A DNA stretch of 64,000 nucleotides from Clostridia bacterium (GTDB taxonomy: Bacteria; Bacillota; Clostridia; Oscillospirales; Acutalibacteraceae). A model generated the notes under the pieces. That model saw only the letters and a program-made list of their open reading frames with translations. It had not been told where the DNA came from and made no database searches. The stretch is from assembly GCA_017631795.1 (NCBI GenBank), contig JAGBSO010000052.1, forward strand, positions 6,132-70,131, in the 5' to 3' direction. The position numbers and the translations under genes were made by a program. Positions 58,401 through 64,000 of the stretch are shown in pieces; position 1 is the stretch's first letter; each line of letters begins with the position of its first letter.

Positions 58401-59236
58401 TTAACCCCCTCGGTGTTCCTTCCCGAATGAACATCGGTCAGGTTCTTGAAGTTACTCTCGGTTATGCTTGTAAGAAGCTTGACTGGAAGATCATGACTCC
58501 CGTATTTGACGGTGCTCATGAAGAAGATATTGTTGAATGTCTCAAAGAGGCAGGCATGGCTGAAGACGGTAAGACAGAACTTTACGACGGCCGTACAGGT
58601 CAGAAGTTCGACAACAGAGTCACAGTCGGTATCATGTACTACCTTAAGCTCCATCACCTTGTTGATGATAAGATCCATGCACGTTCAACAGGTCCGTACT
58701 CAATGGTTACACAGCAGCCCCTCGGTGGTAAGGCACAGTTCGGCGGACAGCGTTTCGGTGAAATGGAAGTCTGGGCACTTGAAGCTTACGGTGCAGCATA
58801 TACTCTTCAGGAAATTCTTACAATCAAGTCTGACGACGTTGTAGGTCGTGTAAAGACATACGAAGCAATTGTTAAAGGCCAGAATGTTCCCAAGCCCGGT
58901 ATTCCCGAGTCATTCAAGGTTCTTATCAAAGAACTTCAGTCATTGTGTCTTGATGTCAAGGTGCTTGATGAACATGATGAAGAAATTGATCTTAAACAGG
59001 ACTTTGACGATGACGGTTCAGAATACATTCCTGCAGATACCGGTGAAATCGTAAATGATGTGGAGGGTGCAGAAGGCTTTGGCATTGAAGATGTACCTGA
59101 AGATGAGTTCGGTTCATTTGACAGTGATGATGAGGATTTCGGTGCAGCAGCACTTGATTCGGAAGATGACGATTTTGATATGTCTGATGATTTCGGATCA
59201 TACCTCAGCGGAAACACAGACGGTGACGAATATTAA
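55445..59236 (+). CDS. rpoB: DNA-directed RNA polymerase subunit beta
   Basis: 1263-aa ORF with unmistakable conserved blocks ([56 protein letters not shown]). Confidence 0.98.
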   Translation: MVNVKPVKQGSRERMSFSKINEVMEMPNLIEVQKDSYQWFLDKGLREVFRDIDEITDYSGNLSLVFVNYRMDDKPKYTVKECKERDATYAAPLRVTARLINKETGEVKENEVYMGDFPQMTESGTFVINGAERVIISQLVRSPGVYYDMSRDKTGKKLFATTVIPNRGAWLEYETDQNDVFYVRIDKTRKICITTFIRALGCFLEDNIINTNSQLDEFFGYDDRIKATFEKDNTKNTEEALLEVYKKLRPGEPPTIDTAKSYLASLFFDEHRYDISRVGRYKYNKKLGMADRLKFQVLAEAIVDPSTGEILADAGEKISKAKAFEIEQAGVDTAYVKTDSEKVVKIISTGMVDILPYLPEGITTEMLEEIGINEKVSFKALRAVLDSCGDDKASVMEALEKNCDLLIPKHIVIEDILASVNYLNCLGNDIGTLDDIDHLGNRRIRSVGELLQNQVRIGFTRMERVVKERMSLQTQESDKLTPQALINIRPVVAAIKEFFGSSPLSQFMDQNNPLAELTHKRRLSALGPGGLSRDRAGFEVRDVHYSHYGRMCPIETPEGPNIGLISSLATFARINKYGFIEAPFRRVDKATGRVLEEVDYMTADVEDEFMVAQANEPLDAEGHFINDRVTVRFRDEFREIPAAEADYMDVSPKMVVSVATAMIPFLENDDANRALMGSNMQKQAVPLLKTDSPIVGTGMEYKAAVDSGVAVIAKRAGTVTKVSADVIEITADDKTIDVYELIKFMRSNQGTCINQKPIVKVGQRVEKKDVIADGPSTCDGEISLGKNALIGFMTWEGYNYEDAVLLNEKLVREDVYTSIHIEEYEIEARDTKLGAEEITRDIPNVGEDALKDLDENGIIRVGAEVHSGDILVGKVTPKGETELTSEERLLRAIFGEKAREVRDTSLKVPHGEYGIVVNVEVFTRENCDEMSPGVNKVVRCYIAQKRKISVGDKMAGRHGNKGVVSRILPQEDMPFLPDGTPLDIVLNPLGVPSRMNIGQVLEVTLGYACKKLDWKIMTPVFDGAHEEDIVECLKEAGMAEDGKTELYDGRTGQKFDNRVTVGIMYYLKLHHLVDDKIHARSTGPYSMVTQQPLGGKAQFGGQRFGEMEVWALEAYGAAYTLQEILTIKSDDVVGRVKTYEAIVKGQNVPKPGIPESFKVLIKELQSLCLDVKVLDEHDEEIDLKQDFDDDGSEYIPADTGEIVNDVEGAEGFGIEDVPEDEFGSFDSDDEDFGAAALDSEDDDFDMSDDFGSYLSGNTDGDEY

Positions 59237-59280
59237 AGATCTGCATTTTTCATATACTATAAAGGAAGAAGGAATCTGTT

Positions 59281-62200
59281 GTGCTTAATGAAAGCAACTA
59301 TAATGAATTGAACTTCGAATCCATTCAGATAGGGCTTGCTTCTCCCGATACCATCAGAGAGTGGTCATACGGTGAGGTTAAAAAGCCTGAAACAATAAAT
59401 TACAGAACACTCAAACCCGAAGCAGGCGGTCTTTACTGTGAACGCATCTTCGGACCCCAGAAGGACTGGGAATGTCACTGCGGACGATACAAGAGAATCC
59501 GTTATAAGGGTAAAGTCTGTGAACGCTGCGGTGTTAAAATCACAAAATCAAAAGTCAGAAGAGAGAGAATGGGACATATCGAACTTGCATGTCCCGTATC
59601 TCACATCTGGTATTTCAAAGGTATCCCCTCAAGAATGGGACTTATCCTTGACATTTCTCCCCGTGACCTTGAAAATGTACTTTACTTTGCAAAGTATGTT
59701 GTTCTTGAAGTTATGGAAGAAGGTCTTCCCGTTACTGTAGGTCAGGTTATCGGTGATAAAGAATATGACGATATCGTCGAAAAATACGGTGCAGATTCAT
59801 TCCGTGCTGCAATGGGTGCTGAAGCAATCAAAGAACTTCTTGCATCTATTGACGTTGAAAAGCTCAGTGATGAACTCAAGGCAGAACTTGAAGATGCATC
59901 AGGACAGAAAAAGGCAAAAGTTCTCAAGAGACTTGAAGTTGCTGAATCATTCAGAGCTTCAGGTAACCGTCCCGAATGGATGATTCTTGATGTGCTTCCG
60001 GTTATTCCCCCCGATATCAGACCCATGGTTCAGCTTGACGGCGGACGTTTTGCAACATCCGACCTTAACGACCTTTACAGACGTGTTATCAACAGAAATA
60101 ACCGTCTTGCAAAGCTTCTTGATCTCGGTGCTCCCGAAATCATCGTAAGAAACGAAAAGAGAATGCTTCAGGAAGCTGTTGACGCTCTTATCGATAACGG
60201 CAGACGTGGCAGACCTGTTACAGGTGCAAACAACCGTCCTCTCAAGTCTCTTTCAGACATGCTTAAAGGTAAGCAGGGTCGTTTCCGTCAGAACCTTCTC
60301 GGTAAGCGAGTTGACTACTCAGGCCGTTCAGTTATCGTTGTCGGTCCCGAACTCAAGATCTATCAGTGCGGTCTTCCCAAGGAAATGGCACTTGAACTCT
60401 TCAAGCCCTTCGTAATGAAGAGACTTGTTGAACAGGATATAGCTAAAAACATAAAGAGCGCAAGAAAGATGGTTGACAGAGCAGGTGCAGAAGTATGGGA
60501 TGCTCTTGAAATTGCTATCAAGGATCACCCTGTTATGCTTAACCGTGCTCCTACACTTCACAGACTCGGTATTCAGGCTTTTGAACCCGTTCTTGTTGAA
60601 GGCAGAGCTATCAAGCTTCATCCTCTTGCATGTACAGCTTTCAACGCCGACTTCGACGGTGACCAGATGGCTGTTCACGTACCTCTTTCAGCAGAAGCTC
60701 AGGCAGAAGCAAGATTCCTCATGCTTGCTGCAAACAACCTTCTCAAACCCTCAGACGGTAAACCCGTTGCTGTTCCTTCACAGGACATGGTTCTCGGTTC
60801 ATACTATCTTACACTTGCAATTCCCGGTGCTCCCGGCGAAGGCAAAGTGTTCCGTGATGTAAACGAAGCAATCATGGCTTATGACGAAGGCGATCTTGAT
60901 CTTCATGCAATGTGTAAGATCAAAATGACCAAAGAACTTGACGGTGTTGAAGTTTCAAGACTTGTTGAAACAACACTCGGCCGTGTTATCTTCAATGAAC
61001 CCATTCCTCAGGATCTCGGTATCGTTGACAGAAGTAACCCCGAAAACATGTTTGCTCTCGAGGTTGACTTCCTTGTCAAGAAGAAAGAGCTCGGAAAGAT
61101 CATTGATAAGGCTATCAAGGTCAAGGGTATCCACGAAGCTTCAGAGATCCTTGATAACATCAAGTCTCAGGGCTACAAATATTCAACAAAGAGTGGTATT
61201 ACAGTATCAGTATTCGATGCTATAATCCCTGAAAATAAGAAAAAGTATCTTGCAGAAGCTCAGGAACAGGTTGATAAAATCAATGCTCTTCACAGAAGAG
61301 GTCTTGCTTCTGACAAGGATCGTTCAAAGCTTACAATCAGTGCATGGGAAAAATGTACAGCAAAGGTTCAGAGCGAAATCACAGTCGGCCTTGACCAGAG
61401 CAACCCCATCTTCATGATGGTTGACTCAGGTGCTCGAGGCAGTACCAACCAGCTCGGTCAGCTTGCAGGTATGCGTGGTCTTATCGCTAACACAGCAGGT
61501 AAAACTATCGAAATCCCCATCAGAGCTAACTACCGTGAAGGTCTTAACGTTCTCGAATACTTCATTTCATCACGTGGTGCTCGTAAAGGTCTTGCCGATA
61601 CAGCTCTTCGTACTGCTGACTCAGGTTACCTTACAAGACGTCTTGTTGACGTTTCACAGGATGTCATCATCCGTGAATATGATTGTGGCTGCCACGAAGG
61701 TCTTACTGTTTCTGCTATCAGAAACGAAGACAACGGTATCATCGAGCCTCTTGAAGAGAGACTTGAGGGCAGATACCTTCTCAAGCCTTTCTATCATCCC
61801 GAAACAGGCGACCTGCTTGTTGACGATGATCATATGATGACAGATGACGATGCAAAACTTATTGCATCAACAGGTGTTGAAAGTGTTGATATCAGATCAC
61901 TTCTTACATGCCGTTCAAAGGAAGGCGTATGTATCAAGTGTTACGGTAAGAACCTTGCAACAGGTAACACTGTTCAGGTCGGTGAAGCAGTCGGTATCAT
62001 TGCTGCTCAGTCAATCGGTGAACCCGGTACTCAGCTTACAATGAGAACCTTCCATACCGGTGGTGTTACATCATCAGCAGATATCACACAGGGTCTTCCC
62101 AGAGTTGAAGAACTCTTTGAAGCAAGAAAGCCCAAGATTCTTGCAATGCTTTCAGAAATCGAAGGTACAGTATCTTTCGAAGAAATCAAAAAGAATCAGA

Positions 62201-62859
62201 GCACAATCACAAACGTTGTTGTTACAAACAAAGAAGACCAGAGAAAATATCTTATTCCTTATGATTCAAGAATCTGCGTAATCGAAGGTCAGGAAATCGC
62301 AAAGGGTCAGCCTATCACAGACGGTTCAATCAATCCCCACGATGTTCTCGATGTTCTCGGTGTAAATGCTGTTCATAACTACCTCATCAGAGAAGTTCAG
62401 CTCGTATACCGTTCACAGGGTGTTGAAATCAACGATAAGCATATCGAAGTTATCGTTCGTCAGATGATGCGTAAGATGAGAATTGTTGATCCCGGTGATA
62501 CAGCTCTTCTTCCCGGCGCATCAGTTGAAAAGGGCGATTTCATTGCAGCAAACGAAGAAATCGCAGCAAGAGTTGCAGCAGGTGAAGAACTTGTTGAAGC
62601 AACAGGTGAATCAGTACTTCTCGGTATCACAAAGGCTTCTCTTGCAACAGATTCATTCCTTTCAGCAGCATCATTCCAGGAAACAACAAGAGTTCTTACT
62701 GATGCAGCTATCAAGGGTAAGAAAGATCCTCTCCACGGTCTTAAGGAAAATGTTATTATCGGTAAACTTCTTCCCTCAGGTACAGGTATGAAGTGCTACA
62801 ACGATGTTGATATCGATGTGGAAGACGACGATAATACAGGTTCAGTTTACGCATTATAA
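59281..62859 (+). CDS. rpoC: DNA-directed RNA polymerase subunit beta'
   Basis: GTG start. It has a zinc ribbon ([20 protein letters not shown]), the [12 protein letters not shown] active site and the trigger-loop region. Confidence 0.98.
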   Translation: MLNESNYNELNFESIQIGLASPDTIREWSYGEVKKPETINYRTLKPEAGGLYCERIFGPQKDWECHCGRYKRIRYKGKVCERCGVKITKSKVRRERMGHIELACPVSHIWYFKGIPSRMGLILDISPRDLENVLYFAKYVVLEVMEEGLPVTVGQVIGDKEYDDIVEKYGADSFRAAMGAEAIKELLASIDVEKLSDELKAELEDASGQKKAKVLKRLEVAESFRASGNRPEWMILDVLPVIPPDIRPMVQLDGGRFATSDLNDLYRRVINRNNRLAKLLDLGAPEIIVRNEKRMLQEAVDALIDNGRRGRPVTGANNRPLKSLSDMLKGKQGRFRQNLLGKRVDYSGRSVIVVGPELKIYQCGLPKEMALELFKPFVMKRLVEQDIAKNIKSARKMVDRAGAEVWDALEIAIKDHPVMLNRAPTLHRLGIQAFEPVLVEGRAIKLHPLACTAFNADFDGDQMAVHVPLSAEAQAEARFLMLAANNLLKPSDGKPVAVPSQDMVLGSYYLTLAIPGAPGEGKVFRDVNEAIMAYDEGDLDLHAMCKIKMTKELDGVEVSRLVETTLGRVIFNEPIPQDLGIVDRSNPENMFALEVDFLVKKKELGKIIDKAIKVKGIHEASEILDNIKSQGYKYSTKSGITVSVFDAIIPENKKKYLAEAQEQVDKINALHRRGLASDKDRSKLTISAWEKCTAKVQSEITVGLDQSNPIFMMVDSGARGSTNQLGQLAGMRGLIANTAGKTIEIPIRANYREGLNVLEYFISSRGARKGLADTALRTADSGYLTRRLVDVSQDVIIREYDCGCHEGLTVSAIRNEDNGIIEPLEERLEGRYLLKPFYHPETGDLLVDDDHMMTDDDAKLIASTGVESVDIRSLLTCRSKEGVCIKCYGKNLATGNTVQVGEAVGIIAAQSIGEPGTQLTMRTFHTGGVTSSADITQGLPRVEELFEARKPKILAMLSEIEGTVSFEEIKKNQSTITNVVVTNKEDQRKYLIPYDSRICVIEGQEIAKGQPITDGSINPHDVLDVLGVNAVHNYLIREVQLVYRSQGVEINDKHIEVIVRQMMRKMRIVDPGDTALLPGASVEKGDFIAANEEIAARVAAGEELVEATGESVLLGITKASLATDSFLSAASFQETTRVLTDAAIKGKKDPLHGLKENVIIGKLLPSGTGMKCYNDVDIDVEDDDNTGSVYAL

Positions 62860-62873
62860 TAAAAGATTATCTT

Positions 62874-62915
62874 CGGCTCTGTTCAGAATAACGGGCAGAG
62901 CCGGAATTTTCTTTT
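62874..62915 (+). terminator. Rho-independent terminator after rpoC
   Basis: CGGCTCTG ... CAGAGCCG hairpin followed by a T-rich tract. Confidence 0.6.
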
Positions 62916-62958
62916 AGGTATTTTAAACGAATATTTTATAAAAAATTTGTAAAAAGTG

Positions 62959-62987
62959 TTGACAGAAAGCGCAATTTGATGTAGAAT
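62959..62987 (+). promoter_or_regulatory. SigA-type promoter of the rpsL-rpsG (str) operon
   Basis: TTGACA, a 17-nt spacer, then TAGAAT. Confidence 0.65.
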
Positions 62988-63121
62988 ATTAAATTGCGGG
63001 CATTATTAATGCCATATGTCGACATTTTTGTTTTATGTCACAAAAATCGCTGTTTTCAGGGGTTTGTAATTGTACAAAATTCCCTTTGAATAGAAAACTG
63101 AATAAGATAGGAGGAAAAAAC

Positions 63122-63544
63122 TTGCCAACCTTTAATCAGCTCGTTCGTAACGGAAGAAAGGCAGTAGAGAAGAAGTCAAAGTCACCCGCTCTCGGTAAGG
63201 GTCTCAACTCAAACCGTAACATCATGACTGACCACAACTCTCCTCAGAAGAGAGGCGTTTGTACTGTTGTTAAGACAGATACACCCAAAAAGCCCAACTC
63301 AGCTCTGAGAAAACTTGCCAGAGTTCGTCTGACAAACGGAATCGAAGTTTCAGCTTACATTCCCGGCGTTGGTCACAATCTTCAGGAACACAGCGTAGTT
63401 CTTATTCGTGGCGGCCGTGTTAAGGACCTTCCCGGTGTGCGTTATCACATCATCAGAGGCGTTCTCGATACACAGGGCGTTAACGGCAGAATGCAGTCTC
63501 GTTCCAAGTACGGAGCAAAAGTTCCGAAAGCAGCTAAGAAGTAA
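63122..63544 (+). CDS. rpsL: 30S ribosomal protein S12
   Basis: TTG start (AGGAGGAAAAAAC upstream). The translation is [12 protein letters not shown]...[10 protein letters not shown]...[13 protein letters not shown]. The longer ORF in the track includes non-coding leader. Confidence 0.95.
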   Translation: MPTFNQLVRNGRKAVEKKSKSPALGKGLNSNRNIMTDHNSPQKRGVCTVVKTDTPKKPNSALRKLARVRLTNGIEVSAYIPGVGHNLQEHSVVLIRGGRVKDLPGVRYHIIRGVLDTQGVNGRMQSRSKYGAKVPKAAKK

Positions 63545-63712
63545 TCTTTAACTCAACTTAGCAAAAACCTTGAAGCAGACAAATCTTCTTGCAGGCGAAA
63601 GAAAAACTTTCACCAATAAGAGTTTATATATATTATAACCTCATTATTGGCGCCACGGGAATTTTGTCACTCGAGTACCTATGATATCATTAATATGAAG
63701 GAGGGAAGCGAA

Positions 63713-64000
63713 GTGCCAAGAAGAGGCAATGTAGCAAAACGTGATGTTTTGCCCGATCCGCTTTACAACTCAAAACTCGTAACACGTCTTATCAACAGTG
63801 TTATGTACGACGGTAAAAAAGGTGTTGCTCAGAAGATCGTTTACGACGCTTTTGACATCATCAGAGAAAAAACAGGTGAAGAACCCCTTGATGTATTTGC
63901 AGCAGCAATGGAAAATGTAATGCCCTTGCTCGAAGTTAAAGCTCGCCGTGTAGGTGGCTCAACTTACCAGGTACCCATGGACGTTCGTCCCGAAAGAAGA
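63713..64000 (+). CDS. rpsG: 30S ribosomal protein S7, N-terminal 96 codons (continues past right edge)
   Basis: GTG start after GAAGGAGGGAAG. The translation is [27 protein letters not shown]...[15 protein letters not shown]. Confidence 0.93.
   Translation, partial: MPRRGNVAKRDVLPDPLYNSKLVTRLINSVMYDGKKGVAQKIVYDAFDIIREKTGEEPLDVFAAAMENVMPLLEVKARRVGGSTYQVPMDVRPERR

Overview
This is a 64-kb chromosomal window from a low-GC, spore-forming Firmicute. The cohesin module, spoVAC/ylmC and the heavy glycoside-hydrolase load suggest a Ruminococcus/Oscillospiraceae-like gut or rumen organism, but that is inference only. All gene calls rest on my own reading of the translated ORFs and the DNA; no database search was run.

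Layout:
- Left edge: a complete F-type ATP synthase operon (atpI-B-E-F-H-A-G-D, minus strand; atpD runs off the edge).
- Right edge: guaB (minus), then rpoB-rpoC and rpsL-rpsG (plus; rpsG is truncated by the edge).
- Middle, about 45 kb: carbohydrate-utilisation and cell-envelope genes. These include GH116, a permuted GH3, GH13, GH78, GH2, a BNR sialidase-like protein, a DUF4965/glutaminase-like protein, araA and a GPH symporter. Also present are an MBOAT/DHHW O-acylation pair, a LicD/cytidylyltransferase/flippase/GDPD/FkbM glycopolymer cluster, a Na+-decarboxylase beta subunit, purC, sporulation genes and several lipoproteins.
- No transcription factor, transposase, integrase, CRISPR array or recognisable defence gene is visible.

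The most unusual content is non-coding:
1. Seven intergenic copies of a mosaic family of miniature inverted-repeat elements. They share roughly 15-17-bp termini (AAACAATAATTTAGCG-type) but carry two different cores. One core has REP/REPIN architecture (GTAG plus a GC-rich palindrome, as inverted doublets). The other is a ~165-bp imperfect palindrome rich in TTGAAAA repeats. Four copies abut or supply the stop codons of flanking genes.
2. A rearranged tRNA-Leu(CAG) locus. It carries duplicated 5' and 3' tRNA fragments, a triplicated terminator hairpin and a structured 138-nt spacer transcribed from a strong promoter ahead of the tRNA.

Secondary observations are an AT-rich islet (19.2-24.3 kb) of unknown-function secreted proteins and a predicted two-carboxylate Na+-binding c-subunit.
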